Source: an uncultured Planctomycetales bacterium (lineage in GTDB: Bacteria > Omnitrophota > Gorgyraeia > Zapsychrales > JAHFFX01). Taken from it: a stretch of DNA of 64,000 bases. Of the stretch, positions 50,976 through 63,786 are shown in pieces. The notes under the pieces are model-generated. The model ran no database searches and had not been told where the DNA came from. It saw only the letters and a program-made list of their open reading frames with translations. The stretch's first letter is position 1. Every line of letters begins with the position of its first letter. Made by a program: the position numbers and the translations under genes. The stretch spans positions 16,305-80,304 of the forward strand of contig CAYXGG010000006.1 in assembly GCA_964464475.1 (NCBI GenBank). The letters are read 5' to 3'.

Positions 50976-52169
50976 TTATTTAATGATTTCAGAAATAACG
51001 CCGGCCCCAACGGTACGACCACCTTCACGGATGGCAAAGCGTAATTCTTTTTCCATGGCAACCGGAGTAATCAACTCCACTTCCAATTCCACGTTATCTC
51101 CGGGCATACACATTTCAACACCTTTAGGAAGCTCGGCAGAACCCGTAACGTCCGTAGTGCGGAAATAGAATTGCGGACGATAGCCCTTGAAAAACGGGGT
51201 ATGACGGCCACCTTCTTCTTTGGTTAATACGTAAACAGTCGCTTTAAACTTGGTATGCGGCGTAATCGAACCCGGTTTCGCCAACACCATGCCGCGTTCC
51301 ATGGTCCCTTTATCCATACCTCTCAACAGGAGACCAACGTTTTCTCCGGCGCGACCTTCATCCAATTCCTTACGGAACATTTCAATACCCGTGATAACTG
51401 TCTTTTGGACATTGGGACGTAACCCAACGCAATCAACTTCTTCCCCAACTTTACAAATACCTCTTTCAATTCTACCCGTCGCAACGGTACCACGACCGGA
51501 AATCGAGAAAACGTCTTCCACCGCCATAGAGAACGGCTTATCCAAATCACGTTTCGGTTCCGGAATAAATTCATCAACCGCTTTCATCAAATCGAGAATC
51601 GGTTTTGTCTTGACCGGATCTTTAGGATTATTTAAAGCATCCAAAGCGCTACCACGGATAATAGGGGTTTTGTCACCCGGGAATTTATACTTCGAAAGCA
51701 AATCTCGGACTTCCAATTCAACCAAGTCCAAAAGTTCTTTATCTTCGACTTGATCGCATTTGTTCAAAAAAACAACAATCTGAGGAACGTTGACCTGACG
51801 GGCCAACAAAATATGCTCACGGGTTTGAGGCATCGGACCGTCCGTCGCAGAAACGACGAGAATAGCACCATCCATCTGAGCTGCACCGGTAATCATGTTC
51901 TTGATATAATCAGCGTGACCAGGGCAGTCAATATGCGCGTAGTGACGAGCCGGGGTTTCATATTCCAAGTGAGAGATATTAATGGTAACACCACGCTCTT
52001 TTTCTTCAGGAGCGTTGTCGATAGAATCATAAGAACGGGCTTGAGCAAGACCTTGGCTGGACAAAACAGTTGTGATCGCGGCGCTGAGCGTTGTCTTACC
52101 ATGATCAACGTGACCGATCGTTCCAATGTTTAAGTGCGGTTTATTACGTACGAATTTTTCCTTAGCCAT
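50976..52169 (-). CDS. tuf: elongation factor Tu
   Basis: 397 aa; [19 protein letters not shown] GTPase motifs. Confidence 0.98.
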   Translation of the reverse strand: MAKEKFVRNKPHLNIGTIGHVDHGKTTLSAAITTVLSSQGLAQARSYDSIDNAPEEKERGVTINISHLEYETPARHYAHIDCPGHADYIKNMITGAAQMDGAILVVSATDGPMPQTREHILLARQVNVPQIVVFLNKCDQVEDKELLDLVELEVRDLLSKYKFPGDKTPIIRGSALDALNNPKDPVKTKPILDLMKAVDEFIPEPKRDLDKPFSMAVEDVFSISGRGTVATGRIERGICKVGEEVDCVGLRPNVQKTVITGIEMFRKELDEGRAGENVGLLLRGMDKGTMERGMVLAKPGSITPHTKFKATVYVLTKEEGGRHTPFFKGYRPQFYFRTTDVTGSAELPKGVEMCMPGDNVELEVELITPVAMEKELRFAIREGGRTVGAGVISEIIK

Positions 52170-52208
52170 GTCCTACCTCCCGTTTTTTATTTTGTCTGAC
52201 CTTGATTT

Positions 52209-54314
52209 TTACGTTTTTCTTTCAGCGTTAATTTCTTTTCTAGCGCCAATAATCTTTTCAGCGATATGATTCGGCACATCGGCATAAAAAGCCGGTTCCA
52301 TTGAATACGTAGCACGACCCTGCGACAAAGAGCGCAAAGCATTAACGTAATTAAACATTTCGGATAAAGGAACTTCGAGGCGAGCAGTCTTGAGCTTACC
52401 ACGTGTACCGCTGGAAATCATTTTGGCACGACGAGTATTAAGGTCACCGATAACAGGACCCCAGTAATCTTCCGGCGTCACGATTTCGATATCCATAATC
52501 GGCTCTTGAAATTTTGATTTGGCCAAACGCAGGGCTTCTTGTAAGGCAATGCGACCAGCCATCTGGAAAGCCAATTCACTTGAGTCAACATCATGGTAGG
52601 AACCGTCCACCAAAGTAACGACAATATCTGTAACCGGGTAACTCGCTAAAATACCGCTTTGCGCCGCAATCATAATACCTTCTTCTGAAGGCTTAATGTA
52701 TTCACGCGGGATATTACCACCCTTAATTTTATTGATGAAAACGACGCCTTTGCCTTTCTCTTCGGCAGGTTCGACGTCAATCACGACGTGACCATACTGA
52801 CCACGACCACCGGACTGTTTAACAAACTTACCAACAACCCCAGAGACTTTTTGGGAAATGGTTTCTTTATACGCAACCTGCGGACGACCGATGTTGCAAT
52901 CCACATTTTGTTCACGCTTCATGCGGTCAATGATAATTTCCAAATGCAACTCACCCATACCGGAGATAATGGTCTGTCCCGTTTCCTGGTTGTAGTTAAC
53001 TTTTAAAGAAGGATCTTCATCCAGGAATTTTCTCAAGGCCAAACCGAGTTTGTCCTGATCGCCTTTGGACTTCGGTTCAATTGCCATTGAAACAACTGGT
53101 TCAGGAACACGCAAGCTCTCCAAGACAATAGGATTAGCTTCATCGCAAAGCGTTTCACCGGTCTTACTATCTTTCAAACCAACTAAAGCGACAATTTCTC
53201 CAGCGGCAGCGCTTTCAGCAATTTCTTGCTTATTAGCGTGCATAATGACAATTTTTGAAATTTTTTCTTTAGATTTCTTATTTGTATTCAAAACCTGCGT
53301 ACCAGAAATCAATCGGCCAGAATATATGCGGGTAAAGAATAATTTACCGACATACGGATCAGATAAAATCTTGAAAACCAAAGCGCTAAGCGGCTCATCC
53401 GCAGAAGCCTTACGAATGGCTTCTTCTTCCTCTTTACCAGGAACCTTACCTTTAACCGGAGGAACATCTAAGGGATTCGGTAAGAATTCGGTAACGGCAT
53501 CCAAAACCATCTGAACACCCTTATTGCGCAAAGAAGACCCACAAAGAACCGGCACAAATACACACTTCAAAACTGACCGACGAATCGCGGCATAAATTTC
53601 CGGGATAGAGATCTCTTTTTCTGAGAGAAAACTTTCCATAATCGCATCATCGACTTCAGCTAATTTTTCGATTAATTTGTGACGATACTGCTTGGCTTGC
53701 TCTTTAAATTCGGCAGGGATTTCGGAACGGACTAAATTAACACCTTCGGGATCAGAATAAGTAATGTATTTTTCATTAATTACATCAATTATGGCCCGAA
53801 AAGAATCTTCGGAGCCAACCGGCATTTGAATAGCAACGGCATTAGCTCCTAAGCGATCGTGCATTTCTCCAATAACACGATCAAAGTTTGCACCCAAACG
53901 ATCCATTTTATTAATGAAAGCGAGCCTGGGAACTTGGTATCTATCAGCTTGACGCCATACTGTTTCAGTTTGCGGTTGAACCCCGCTACATCCACACAAA
54001 ACAACGACGGCACCATCCAAAACTTTAAGCGAACGCTCGACTTCTACGGTAAAGTCAACGTGCCCAGGAGTATCAATTAAATTAATTTTACAATCTTTCC
54101 AGAAGCAAGTGATGTTGGCAGCCGTAATCGTAATACCGCGTTCCTTTTCCTGAGGCATCCAATCTGTCGTCGTGTTCCCTTCATCCACGGTTCCCATTTT
54201 GTGAATGACACCCGTGTAAAAAAGAAAACGCTCTGTAGTCGTAGTTTTACCGGCATCAATGTGCGCGATAATTCCAATATTTCTATATTTATCTAGCGGA
54301 TAAACTTTAGGCAT
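52209..54314 (-). CDS. fusA: elongation factor G
   Basis: 701 aa; AHIDAGKTT, DTPGHVDF. Confidence 0.98.
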   Translation of the reverse strand: MPKVYPLDKYRNIGIIAHIDAGKTTTTERFLFYTGVIHKMGTVDEGNTTTDWMPQEKERGITITAANITCFWKDCKINLIDTPGHVDFTVEVERSLKVLDGAVVVLCGCSGVQPQTETVWRQADRYQVPRLAFINKMDRLGANFDRVIGEMHDRLGANAVAIQMPVGSEDSFRAIIDVINEKYITYSDPEGVNLVRSEIPAEFKEQAKQYRHKLIEKLAEVDDAIMESFLSEKEISIPEIYAAIRRSVLKCVFVPVLCGSSLRNKGVQMVLDAVTEFLPNPLDVPPVKGKVPGKEEEEAIRKASADEPLSALVFKILSDPYVGKLFFTRIYSGRLISGTQVLNTNKKSKEKISKIVIMHANKQEIAESAAAGEIVALVGLKDSKTGETLCDEANPIVLESLRVPEPVVSMAIEPKSKGDQDKLGLALRKFLDEDPSLKVNYNQETGQTIISGMGELHLEIIIDRMKREQNVDCNIGRPQVAYKETISQKVSGVVGKFVKQSGGRGQYGHVVIDVEPAEEKGKGVVFINKIKGGNIPREYIKPSEEGIMIAAQSGILASYPVTDIVVTLVDGSYHDVDSSELAFQMAGRIALQEALRLAKSKFQEPIMDIEIVTPEDYWGPVIGDLNTRRAKMISSGTRGKLKTARLEVPLSEMFNYVNALRSLSQGRATYSMEPAFYADVPNHIAEKIIGARKEINAERKT

Positions 54315-54318
54315 TCTA

Positions 54319-54789
54319 TTACCACCTTAAATGGCTAAAAGCTTTATTGGCTTCTGCCATCTTATGCGTTTCGTCACGTTTCTTAATGGCCGCGCCTTCA
54401 CCCTTATAAGCTTGCACTAACTCATCGGCCAACTTAACCACCATGGGTTTACCCTTTTTGTTTCTTGCAAAATCTCGCAGCCAACGCATCGCTAAAGAAT
54501 TTCCTCGAGTAGCGCTTACTTCAATTGGAATTTGGTAAGTAGCGCCACCAACACGTCGCGGCTTTAACTCTAAACGTGGTCTAACATTATCCAATACTTT
54601 AGTAAATGCTTTCACAGGCCCCTCTTCGGAAGTTTTTTGAGTCAACGTTTCCAAGGCGCCATACACGATTCTTTCCGCCACTGACTTCTGCCCATGAGTC
54701 ATCAAAATATTAATAAAGCGATGAACAATCGGACTATTATATTTTGGATCCGGATAAACTTGCCTTTTATCTGCCGCACGTCTACGCAT
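54319..54789 (-). CDS. rpsG: 30S ribosomal protein S7
   Basis: 156 aa. Confidence 0.95.
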   Translation of the reverse strand: MRRRAADKRQVYPDPKYNSPIVHRFINILMTHGQKSVAERIVYGALETLTQKTSEEGPVKAFTKVLDNVRPRLELKPRRVGGATYQIPIEVSATRGNSLAMRWLRDFARNKKGKPMVVKLADELVQAYKGEGAAIKKRDETHKMAEANKAFSHLRW

Positions 54790-54794
54790 GAATA

Positions 54795-55166
54795 TTACTT
54801 CTCCCTCTTAGCGCCATACTTTGATCTAGATCTTTTTCTTTTCGCAACACCCGCTGAATCTAACGTACCTCGAACAATATGATATCTCACACCCGGCAAG
54901 TCCTTAACACGTCCCCCACGCACCAAGACAATTGAGTGCTCTTGCAAATTGTGTCCTTCCCCAGGTATATACGCCGTGACTTCATTTTTGTTGGAGAGAC
55001 GAACTCTCGCAATTTTTCTGAGCGCCGAGTTTGGCTTCTTCGGCGTCATCGTTCTTACCTGCAAGCAAACTCCTCGACGTTGAGGACAAATGGTTAACGC
55101 CGGTGATTTACTCTTTTTCTTCTTGAAGCTTCTTCTGACTCTGATCAGTTGTTGAATTGTCGGCAT
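54795..55166 (-). CDS. rpsL: 30S ribosomal protein S12
   Basis: 123 aa; MPTIQQLIR...[10 protein letters not shown]; the start lies 59 nt inside the rpoC 3' end. Confidence 0.95.
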   Translation of the reverse strand: MPTIQQLIRVRRSFKKKKSKSPALTICPQRRGVCLQVRTMTPKKPNSALRKIARVRLSNKNEVTAYIPGEGHNLQEHSIVLVRGGRVKDLPGVRYHIVRGTLDSAGVAKRKRSRSKYGAKREK

Positions 55167-58100
55167 ATTTTTCTAATTCTATTTCTTCAAAGTTTTGTAA
55201 TCCGGTTCCCGCAGGAATCAAGTGACCAACAATCACGTTTTCTTTTAGGCCACGTAAATTGTCAATTTTACCCGATGATGCGGCTTCTGTCAAGACTCTT
55301 GTTGTTTCTTGGAAACTGGCAGCAGAAATAAAACTCTCCGTCGACAAAGACACTTTAGTAATGCCCATCAACTGTGGAGTTGCTTTCGCCGGCTTTCCTT
55401 TTTTCTTTAATACATCCTGATTCGCTTTTTTGAATGTCATGCGATCAATAATTTCTCCGACTAAAAATTCAGTATCGCCGGATTCATCGATCTTTACCTT
55501 CTTTAACATTTGCGAAATAATAAGCTCAATATGTTTATCGTTAATACGAACCCCTTGCAAACGATAGACCTCTTGAATTTCATTTAACAAATATTCTTGC
55601 AAAACTTTATCCCCGCAAACACGTAAAATATCCTGAGGAACCACTGGCCCTTCCGTCAACTGTTGGCCAGCAAAAACGCGATCGCCCTTATACACATTAG
55701 GGTGTTTACCATGAGGGATGGAATATTCTTTTTGCATCCCTGTTGCCGCGTTCTTAACAACAATAGTCCTCAATCCCTTACGATCCTCGCCAAATTCAAC
55801 AAGTCCATCAATTTCACTAATGACAGCAGGATCTTTGGGTCGGCGAGCTTCAAAAAGCTCAGCGACGCGCGGTAAACCACCCGTAATGTCTCTTGTTTTG
55901 CCCGCGCCTCGAGGAATTTTGGCAACTAATTCACCGGCGCTGACCGTCTGTTTATCTTTGACCAAGATATGCGCCCCGACAGGAATGGAGTAAATTCCAG
56001 CCAGCTCTTTTTTATCATCCGTAATGATTATTTGCGGATGATATTCTTGTTTGTGTTCAACAACCACACGTTCGGTAATACCGGTAACAGGATTTTCTTC
56101 CTCAGTAATCGTAACGTCCTCAATTAGATCCTCGAAGTTTACTGTACCCTTGACTTCGGTGATGATCGGAATCGTATAGGGGTCCCACGTTACAACAATT
56201 TCTTCTTTCTTGACGGCAGCCCCATCTGCTAATTTAAGAATAGCGCCTTGGGGCAGCTGATGACGTTCAAATTCTCGACCAAATTCATTATTGATACTGA
56301 TTGCACCATTACGATTAAGAACAATATATTGATTGTCTTTCTCGACAACGCGCAACTGATGATATTTCATCACGCCAGCATTTTTAGTGCGAATGTATGA
56401 TTGCTCGATCGTACGTGAAGCGGTTCCTCCGATGTGAAACGTTCTCATTGTCAACTGGGTGCCCGGCTCTCCGATGCTTTGTGCGGCAATCGTTCCAACG
56501 GCCTCGCCAATTTCGACCATGCGCTGGGTAGCTAAATTACGACCATAGCATTTAATACAAACGCCGCGCTCTGATTCGCAGGTTAAAACACTACGAATAC
56601 GAACTTTTTCGATTCCCAACTGTTCAATCATGTCCGCTTTTTCTTCGCTGATTTGCTCACCAGCACCGACAACCATCTGGTCGGTGACAATGTCTACGAT
56701 ACTATCCAGCGCCACTCGCCCAACAATTCTTTCTTTAAGACTGACAACAGTTTCATCGCCTTCGACAATCGCTGAAACTGTAATCCCGTTGACGGTTTTG
56801 CAATCATTTTCCATAATGACCACTTCCTGAGCTACGTCAACCAAACGACGTGTCAGATAACCGGCATCCGCCGTTTTAAGAGCGGTGTCCGCCAACCCCT
56901 TACGCGCACCGTGCGTCGAGATAAAGTACTCCAACACCGTCAGCCCTTCGCGGAAACTGGCAGTAATAGGGTTTTCAATAATTTCACCGGAAGGCTTGGC
57001 CATCAAACCACGCATACCGGATAACTGACGAACCTGCAAACGTGACCCACGAGCACCTGAATCAGCCATAATAAAAACCGGATTAAAACCATCCATCTGC
57101 TTAAACACCATGTCTGACAAAGATTCAGTCGTATGGGTCCAGATATCGATCATCTTGTTGTAACGTTCGCGTCCCGTGATGATACCTTTGCGATATTGAT
57201 CTTCGACTTTAGCCACTTCCAATTTAGCTGATTTGATGGCATCGACTTTGCTTTGGGGAATGGTCAAATCTGAAATAGCAATGGAGATACCGGCAAGTGT
57301 TGCAGAGTTAAAACCTAATTGTTTAAGATCATCGAGCAACACGACCGTCGCGTGCTGACCAAAACGCTTGTAGCAATTCGAAATAACCGCCCCAATGCGC
57401 TTTTTGTCCATTGTATCGTTAACAAAACCAAATCCAGCAGGCAGAATTTCGTTAAGCATAATTCGCCCCACCGTGGTCTCAATAACGCGGGTCGCTTTGC
57501 CTTCTTTAGGTTCAACCGTCGTGCCTTCTCCTTGAGAAATAACCATCGACGGTTTTTCTTCACCCCACACCGCATCATGCAAACGAAATTTAATACGGCT
57601 GTGCAGATCTAACAATCCGTCATTATAAGCAATCAAAACCTCTTTAGCGTTACCGTAAACAGACTCCTGTCCCTTTTGAGCAGGTTTGTCCTTGGTCAAA
57701 TAGTACAGACCCAAAACAATGTCTTGCGTCGGAGCAATCAAAGGACGACCGTCTGCCGGAGAAAAAATGTTATTAATTGAAAGTAATTGCAGGCGACATT
57801 CAATTTGCGCTTCCAAAGATAACGGAACATGAACGGCCATCTGATCGCCGTCAAAGTCAGCGTTAAACGCGGCGCAAACCAAAGGATGCAATTTAATCGC
57901 CTTGCCTTCAATCAAGACCGGTTGGAAAGCTTGAATACTTAAACGGTGCAGCGTCGGCGCGCGGTTCAACATGATGGGATGATCCTTAATGACTTCATCC
58001 AGGATGTCCCAAACCTCAATCTTAGCGCGCTCCACCATTCTCTTAGCACCTTTAATGGTGTGAACAAAACCTTTTTCACGCAATTTACGAATAATAAACG

Positions 58101-59208
58101 GCTCAAAAAGTTCCAAAGCCATTTTTTTAGGCAACCCACACTGATGCAATTTTAATTCAGGCCCGACGACAATAACGGAACGTCCGGAATAATCTACACG
58201 CTTACCCAGCAAATTCATGCGGAAGCGCCCCTGCTTTCCTTTCAACATATCAGAAAGCGACTTCAACGGACGATTGCCGGAACCTAACACCGGACGACCA
58301 TGACGGCCATTATCCAACAGCGCGTCAACCGATTCTTGAAGCATACGCTTTTCGTTACGGATAATAATTTCCGGCGCTTTAAGATCTAATAATTTCTTAA
58401 GACGATTGTTACGATTAATGACACGACGATACAAATCGTTCAAATCAGACGTAGCAAATCTTCCCCCCTCCAACGGAACCAAAGGACGTAAATCCGGGGG
58501 AATAACCGGCAAGACTTCCAAAACCATCCATTCAGGTAGGTTGCCAGAACCTTTAAAATCTTCCGCGATCTTAAGTGTCTTCGAAAATTTCTTCGCGTTA
58601 GTTCCGGTGGGGTTTGCTTTTTCTAAATCCTTGCGCAATTTCTTACTTAAGGAAGGAAGATCCAGTTCACGTAAGATTTCTCGAACCGCTTCAGCGCCGA
58701 TCTTGGCCTTAAAAGCACCACCATATTTGACCAGGCATTCTTGATACTTCTCTTCCGAAAGAAACTCGTGTTTCTTGAGCGGAGTTTCACCCGGGTCGAT
58801 AACGATATATTCCTCATAATAAATTAATTTCTCTAAATCTCGCAAGCCGACCTGCAATAACGCCGACAAACGACTGGGCACCGCTTTATAAAACCAAATG
58901 TGCGTCACCGGGCAGGCCAATTCAATATGCCCCATACGCTCGCGACGGACAGAAGAACGCGTCACCAAAACACCGCAACGATCGCAAGTAATTCCTTTAA
59001 ATTTTATGCCCTTATACTTGCCGCAATTACATTCCCAATCGCGCACCGGACCAAAGATCTTTTCACAAAAAAGACCGTCCTTCTCGGGTTTCAGAGTACG
59101 ATAATTTAGCGTTTCCGCCTTTTTAACCACACCCGTCGACCAAGAGCGAATGATCTGCGGAGAAGCAATCTTAATTGTAATTCTGTCTTGCTTGAGTTCG
59201 GTTTTCAT
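55108..59208 (-). CDS. rpoC: DNA-directed RNA polymerase beta' subunit
   Basis: 1366 aa; NADFDGD catalytic motif; zinc fingers. Confidence 0.98.
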   Translation of the reverse strand: MKTELKQDRITIKIASPQIIRSWSTGVVKKAETLNYRTLKPEKDGLFCEKIFGPVRDWECNCGKYKGIKFKGITCDRCGVLVTRSSVRRERMGHIELACPVTHIWFYKAVPSRLSALLQVGLRDLEKLIYYEEYIVIDPGETPLKKHEFLSEEKYQECLVKYGGAFKAKIGAEAVREILRELDLPSLSKKLRKDLEKANPTGTNAKKFSKTLKIAEDFKGSGNLPEWMVLEVLPVIPPDLRPLVPLEGGRFATSDLNDLYRRVINRNNRLKKLLDLKAPEIIIRNEKRMLQESVDALLDNGRHGRPVLGSGNRPLKSLSDMLKGKQGRFRMNLLGKRVDYSGRSVIVVGPELKLHQCGLPKKMALELFEPFIIRKLREKGFVHTIKGAKRMVERAKIEVWDILDEVIKDHPIMLNRAPTLHRLSIQAFQPVLIEGKAIKLHPLVCAAFNADFDGDQMAVHVPLSLEAQIECRLQLLSINNIFSPADGRPLIAPTQDIVLGLYYLTKDKPAQKGQESVYGNAKEVLIAYNDGLLDLHSRIKFRLHDAVWGEEKPSMVISQGEGTTVEPKEGKATRVIETTVGRIMLNEILPAGFGFVNDTMDKKRIGAVISNCYKRFGQHATVVLLDDLKQLGFNSATLAGISIAISDLTIPQSKVDAIKSAKLEVAKVEDQYRKGIITGRERYNKMIDIWTHTTESLSDMVFKQMDGFNPVFIMADSGARGSRLQVRQLSGMRGLMAKPSGEIIENPITASFREGLTVLEYFISTHGARKGLADTALKTADAGYLTRRLVDVAQEVVIMENDCKTVNGITVSAIVEGDETVVSLKERIVGRVALDSIVDIVTDQMVVGAGEQISEEKADMIEQLGIEKVRIRSVLTCESERGVCIKCYGRNLATQRMVEIGEAVGTIAAQSIGEPGTQLTMRTFHIGGTASRTIEQSYIRTKNAGVMKYHQLRVVEKDNQYIVLNRNGAISINNEFGREFERHQLPQGAILKLADGAAVKKEEIVVTWDPYTIPIITEVKGTVNFEDLIEDVTITEEENPVTGITERVVVEHKQEYHPQIIITDDKKELAGIYSIPVGAHILVKDKQTVSAGELVAKIPRGAGKTRDITGGLPRVAELFEARRPKDPAVISEIDGLVEFGEDRKGLRTIVVKNAATGMQKEYSIPHGKHPNVYKGDRVFAGQQLTEGPVVPQDILRVCGDKVLQEYLLNEIQEVYRLQGVRINDKHIELIISQMLKKVKIDESGDTEFLVGEIIDRMTFKKANQDVLKKKGKPAKATPQLMGITKVSLSTESFISAASFQETTRVLTEAASSGKIDNLRGLKENVIVGHLIPAGTGLQNFEEIELEKYADNSTTDQSQKKLQEEKE

Positions 59209-59213
59209 AGGCT

Positions 59214-62200
59214 TTATTTTTTCTTGTCCTTAGTAGCAACTTTTTCTTCCGACTCTTGCGCAGGCTTATCCATGGGTAAAGATACCGCAGCGGCAACCGC
59301 GTCATCCTCGACTGGGGTCGGGATTTGGCTCTTGTCCCCTTTTTCCAAACGAATATCCAAGCACAGGCCCTGTAATTCCTTGACCAAAACGTTAAACGAT
59401 TCCGGCGTTCCAGGAGCAAGTTTTTGCTCTCCTTTGACAATAGCCTCGTAGATACGGCTACGACCTTGAACGTCGTCACTTTTGACCGTCAGCATTTCTT
59501 GCAAAGTATACGCAGCGCCATACGCTTCCAGAGCCCAAACTTCCATTTCACCAAACCGCTGACCGCCAAAATGCGCTTTACCGCCTAATGGCTGCTGAGT
59601 AACTAAGGAATACGGACCGATAGAGCGCGCGTGGATTTTCTCATCCACCAAGTGAATGAGCTTCAGCATATAAATGTATCCACAAGTTACTTTCTGGTCG
59701 AAGGGCATTCCAGTGTGCCCATCATTAAGAACCGTCTTGCCATCTTCGGGTAAATTCGCTTCTCTTAATAATTTCCAAATTTCTTCTTCAGTAGCACCGT
59801 TAAATACAGGAGTTTCCGCGTGAAACCCTAACGCTTTAGCCGCCCAACCCAAATGAGTTTCCAGAAGCTGACCGACGTTCATACGCGAAGGAACGCCTAA
59901 CGGATTCAATACAATATCCACCGCCGTGCCATCCGGCAAGAAAGGCATATCTTCTTCAGGTAAAATACGCGACACAACACCTTTATTTCCGTGTCGACCG
60001 GCCATTTTATCACCCTCAGAAAGTTTACGTTTGGTAGCAACATAAACAACCACGCGTTTTAAAACACCCGCCGGTAGCTCATCACCGCGCTTCACGCGAT
60101 CAATCTCTTGGGCTTCTTCTTCAACCAATTCACGAATTTTATCGTTAAAGAAGGCCAAGGTTTCTTTGGCTTCCTCGTCATTGCCTAAATCTTCCGGCTC
60201 AATCTTAGCAAGCTTCTTTTTATCAATACCCAAAACCTTAGATAGCTTGCGTTCTTTTTCATTCTCGATGAATTCTATTTCCTGTTTGTAATACTCTTTG
60301 ATCTTATGGATGGTCTGCAGTTCCTTGACCTTATCTTCTTTGGATTTGCGACCGCGCTCATTGCGCTGAAAAACTTCCACGTTGACGATGACACCCTCAA
60401 TTCCAGGCGGCAAGGTCAACGACGTGTCACGAATGTCCGCTGCTTTTTCACCGAATATGGCCCGCAATAATCTTTCTTCAGGAGAAAGCTCTTTTTCGCT
60501 TTTGGGCGTTACTTTTCCAACCAAAATATCACCCGCCTTAACCTCGGCTCCGATACGGATAATACCATCTTCGGTTAAATCCTTTAACGCTTCTTCACTG
60601 ACGTTAGGAATATCACGGGTAATTTCTTCGTTACCTAAACGAGTTTCGCGAGCTTCGACTTCAAATTTTTCCACATGAATTGAAGTAAATTTATCTTCGC
60701 GAACGACACGCTCATTAATTAAAATAGCGTCTTCGAAGTTGTACCCACGCCAAGGCATAAACGCAACCAACACATTACGCCCTAAAGACAAACGCCCATC
60801 ACGCGTTGCGATACCGTCAGCAATGACTTGGCCGGCCTCAACATAATCACCGACGTTCACCAAAGGTTTTTGATTAATGCAGGTATTCGCGTTGGAACGT
60901 AAAAATGTTTTTAACATATAAACATTTTTGCCAATCACAATCTCACGTGCGTCAACTTTCGTCACGCGTCCAGATTCTTTCGCCAAAACCACAACTCCAG
61001 AGTCCTGAGCCACTTTACCTTCCATACCCGTTCCAACAAAAGGAACTTCAGTGATCATCAAAGGCACTGCTTGGCGCTGCATGTTGGACCCCATCAAAGC
61101 ACGGTTAGCGTCATCGTGTTCCAAGAAGGGAATCAACGAGGCCGCAACCGAAACTAACTGCTTGGGAGAAACGTCCATGTAATCGACTTTATCCGGACGG
61201 GCTTTGGGAAAATCGGTTTTATAACGACACGCAACGTCTTTCTCGAGGAAAGTTCCGTCTTTATCCAACGTCGCGTTGGCTTGCGCAATAAATTTATTCT
61301 GGTCAAAATCAGCCGTCAAATATTCAATTTTCTTAGAAACTTTGCCGTCATTAACCTTCCGATAAGGAGTTTCTATAAAACCTAATTCGTTAACACGAGC
61401 GCAGGTTGTCAAAGAAGCAATCAAACCGATGTTCGGACCTTCAGGCGTTTCAATCGGACAAACTCGTCCATAATGAGTTGGGTGAACGTCGCGGACTTCA
61501 AAACCTGCGCGCTCGCGAGACAACCCACCCGGACCCAAAGCACTCAACCGACGCTTGTGCGTCATTTCCGCCAAGGGATTCACCATGTCCATAAATTGGG
61601 ACAGCTGGCTGCGAGCAAAGAAATCTTGAATCTGATTACTAAATAAACGGGAATTGATTAAATGATGCGCCGTCAAATTCTCAAACGAACTCATGACGAC
61701 TAAGCGTTCCTTAATAGATCTTTCCAAGCGCGCCAATCCAATGCGGACCTGGTTCTGAACAAGTTCACCTACGCTTTTAATACGACGATTTCCCAAGTGA
61801 TCAATGTCATCGGTTTCGCCGGTACCTTCTCTTAAATTCATTAAATATTTGATAACCGCGATAACAGTTTTGATATCCAAAACACGATTATCCATCGGAA
61901 CATCAGTGTTCAATTTACGATTGATAATGTGACGACCGACGCGACTTAAGTCATAACGCTTCGGGTCAAAAAATAGACGAAAAAACAAGTTATCCGCCAC
62001 TTCGACCGTGGCTGGCTCGGTCGGACGCATCTTACGATAAAAATCCAAGAGCGCTTCTTCTTTAGTGGTTGTATGGTCTTTTTCTAAGGTAGGTTTTAAC
62101 TTATCAAAATCTTCGCCCAATAATTTCTGCAAATCCTCATTATTGGACAACCCCATGATTCTCAAAATTTGAGTGGCAGGGAAATTGCGGCGACGATCAA

Positions 62201-62756
62201 TATAAGCCAGCAAAACATCGTTCAAATCATATTTAATCTCAAACCACGCGCCACGGGAGGGAATAATCCGTCCGTGATAAATGCTCTTACCCGTGGGATG
62301 AAGCTCTTCTTCAAAGGAAACGCCCGGAGGACGCTGTATCTGAGAAACCACGACACGCTCATCACCATTGATAATGAACGTTCCCGTGTCGGTCATCAAA
62401 GGAAAATCCCCGAAATAAACTTCCTGCTCTTTAATGTCAACCGGAGTGATCAAACGAAGTTTGACTTTTAAGGGAGCGGAATAAGTCATTCCTCGGCGCT
62501 GACATTCGTAGCAGGAATATTTCTCCTTACCGAACGAATAACTCATGTACTCCAACCGAATTTGACCATCATAGCTTTCGAGAGGAAATACCTCGCGAAA
62601 GACTTCCTCCAAGCCTAAATCAGCGCGCTTATCAGGATCACTGTCACGCTGCAGAAAAAGCTTGTAGGATTCCAGTTGGATATCGAGTAGCTGCGGTAAT
62701 TCGAAATTATCCTGGAACTTGCTAAAGTCGCGGAAAACTTTTTTTTGTTTGTCCAT
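59214..62756 (-). CDS. rpoB: DNA-directed RNA polymerase beta subunit
   Basis: 1180 aa; canonical sequence including the rifampicin cluster. Confidence 0.98.
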   Translation of the reverse strand: MDKQKKVFRDFSKFQDNFELPQLLDIQLESYKLFLQRDSDPDKRADLGLEEVFREVFPLESYDGQIRLEYMSYSFGKEKYSCYECQRRGMTYSAPLKVKLRLITPVDIKEQEVYFGDFPLMTDTGTFIINGDERVVVSQIQRPPGVSFEEELHPTGKSIYHGRIIPSRGAWFEIKYDLNDVLLAYIDRRRNFPATQILRIMGLSNNEDLQKLLGEDFDKLKPTLEKDHTTTKEEALLDFYRKMRPTEPATVEVADNLFFRLFFDPKRYDLSRVGRHIINRKLNTDVPMDNRVLDIKTVIAVIKYLMNLREGTGETDDIDHLGNRRIKSVGELVQNQVRIGLARLERSIKERLVVMSSFENLTAHHLINSRLFSNQIQDFFARSQLSQFMDMVNPLAEMTHKRRLSALGPGGLSRERAGFEVRDVHPTHYGRVCPIETPEGPNIGLIASLTTCARVNELGFIETPYRKVNDGKVSKKIEYLTADFDQNKFIAQANATLDKDGTFLEKDVACRYKTDFPKARPDKVDYMDVSPKQLVSVAASLIPFLEHDDANRALMGSNMQRQAVPLMITEVPFVGTGMEGKVAQDSGVVVLAKESGRVTKVDAREIVIGKNVYMLKTFLRSNANTCINQKPLVNVGDYVEAGQVIADGIATRDGRLSLGRNVLVAFMPWRGYNFEDAILINERVVREDKFTSIHVEKFEVEARETRLGNEEITRDIPNVSEEALKDLTEDGIIRIGAEVKAGDILVGKVTPKSEKELSPEERLLRAIFGEKAADIRDTSLTLPPGIEGVIVNVEVFQRNERGRKSKEDKVKELQTIHKIKEYYKQEIEFIENEKERKLSKVLGIDKKKLAKIEPEDLGNDEEAKETLAFFNDKIRELVEEEAQEIDRVKRGDELPAGVLKRVVVYVATKRKLSEGDKMAGRHGNKGVVSRILPEEDMPFLPDGTAVDIVLNPLGVPSRMNVGQLLETHLGWAAKALGFHAETPVFNGATEEEIWKLLREANLPEDGKTVLNDGHTGMPFDQKVTCGYIYMLKLIHLVDEKIHARSIGPYSLVTQQPLGGKAHFGGQRFGEMEVWALEAYGAAYTLQEMLTVKSDDVQGRSRIYEAIVKGEQKLAPGTPESFNVLVKELQGLCLDIRLEKGDKSQIPTPVEDDAVAAAVSLPMDKPAQESEEKVATKDKKK

Positions 62757-62831
62757 AGGATTGTGGATTTAGGGGTTCCCTTTAGCTGTTTCTAAAATGA
62801 AACGAAAGCCTTTTTTTCGTCTAAGATAAAA

Positions 62832-63254
62832 TTACTTCAATTCAACCTTAGCACCGGCCGCTTCCAACTTCTTCTTCAACTCTTCGGCTTCGGCTTTCGG
62901 AACAGCTTCCTTGACTGTCTTCGGGGCACCTTCCACAAGATCCTTGGCTTCTTTCAAACCGAGGTTGGTTACCGCGCGGACTTCTTTAATAACGCCAATT
63001 TTGTTGGCGCCGGCATCTTTTAAAACCACATCAAACGAATCCTTGACTTCAGCAGCAGGGGCAGCACCACCGGCAGCAGCACCAGCCATCATCATGCCAC
63101 CCATCATCGGAGCAGCGGCCTTAATTCCAAAACGATCTTCTAAACCCTTCACCAACTCGGACAATTCCAAAGCGGTTAAACCTTCGATCACCTTGGCGAC
63201 ATCTTCTAGCTTCGGTGAAAGTGGTTTTTTCTCTGCAACAGTAGCTTCTGACAT
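62832..63254 (-). CDS. rplL: 50S ribosomal protein L7/L12
   Basis: Start chosen at [10 protein letters not shown] with an AGGGAGG SD (the track's longer ORF overlaps rplJ); Ala-rich hinge. Confidence 0.9.
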   Translation of the reverse strand: MSEATVAEKKPLSPKLEDVAKVIEGLTALELSELVKGLEDRFGIKAAAPMMGGMMMAGAAAGGAAPAAEVKDSFDVVLKDAGANKIGVIKEVRAVTNLGLKEAKDLVEGAPKTVKEAVPKAEAEELKKKLEAAGAKVELK

Positions 63255-63255
63255 T

Positions 63256-63786
63256 TTAACTACCTCCCTTTTTTTCACTTAATTGACTTAAGATGGATAA
63301 CAACTCCTGAGTTTTAGCATTGAGGGCTCCGGCGAGGCGTGACAACGGAGCCTGTAATACACCCAACAACTGACTAATTAAGACCTCCCTCGATGGGAGA
63401 TCAGACAGCACTTGCACATCGTCTTTATGAAGAACCGCACCCTGCAAAACGCCACCCACAATCGAAACACCCTTACATTCTTTCGCAAAATTAACCAGGG
63501 CTTTGGAAACTTCAGAAGAATCAGAATCAGCCCAAATAAAAGCGGTTTGGCCATTAAGAGAATCAGCCAGCTGATCAAATTTTAATTCTTTGAGCGCGAT
63601 GCCAGAAATACTTTTCCTGGAGACAAATACCTTGGCCCCCTTTTTTTTCATTTCCTTACGCAAGGTATTCATTTGCGGGCCGGAAACGCCGGAATAATTA
63701 ATAACAAAGGTGCTGCTGCGACTCGTCACGCTACTTTTAATATGCTTGGCTAACCCTTCACGATAAATAGTACCGACTTTTGTCAT
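63256..63786 (-). CDS. rplJ: 50S ribosomal protein L10
   Basis: 176 aa. Confidence 0.9.
   Translation of the reverse strand: MTKVGTIYREGLAKHIKSSVTSRSSTFVINYSGVSGPQMNTLRKEMKKKGAKVFVSRKSISGIALKELKFDQLADSLNGQTAFIWADSDSSEVSKALVNFAKECKGVSIVGGVLQGAVLHKDDVQVLSDLPSREVLISQLLGVLQAPLSRLAGALNAKTQELLSILSQLSEKKGGS

Noticed and set aside
52187-52402. 71-aa ORF at the fusA 3' end
   Set aside because: Off-frame within EF-G; spurious.
62757-62831. Possible rplL-rpoB attenuator hairpin
   Set aside because: Only a weak 6-bp stem (ACGAAA/TTTCGT) could be found, with no convincing U-tract.
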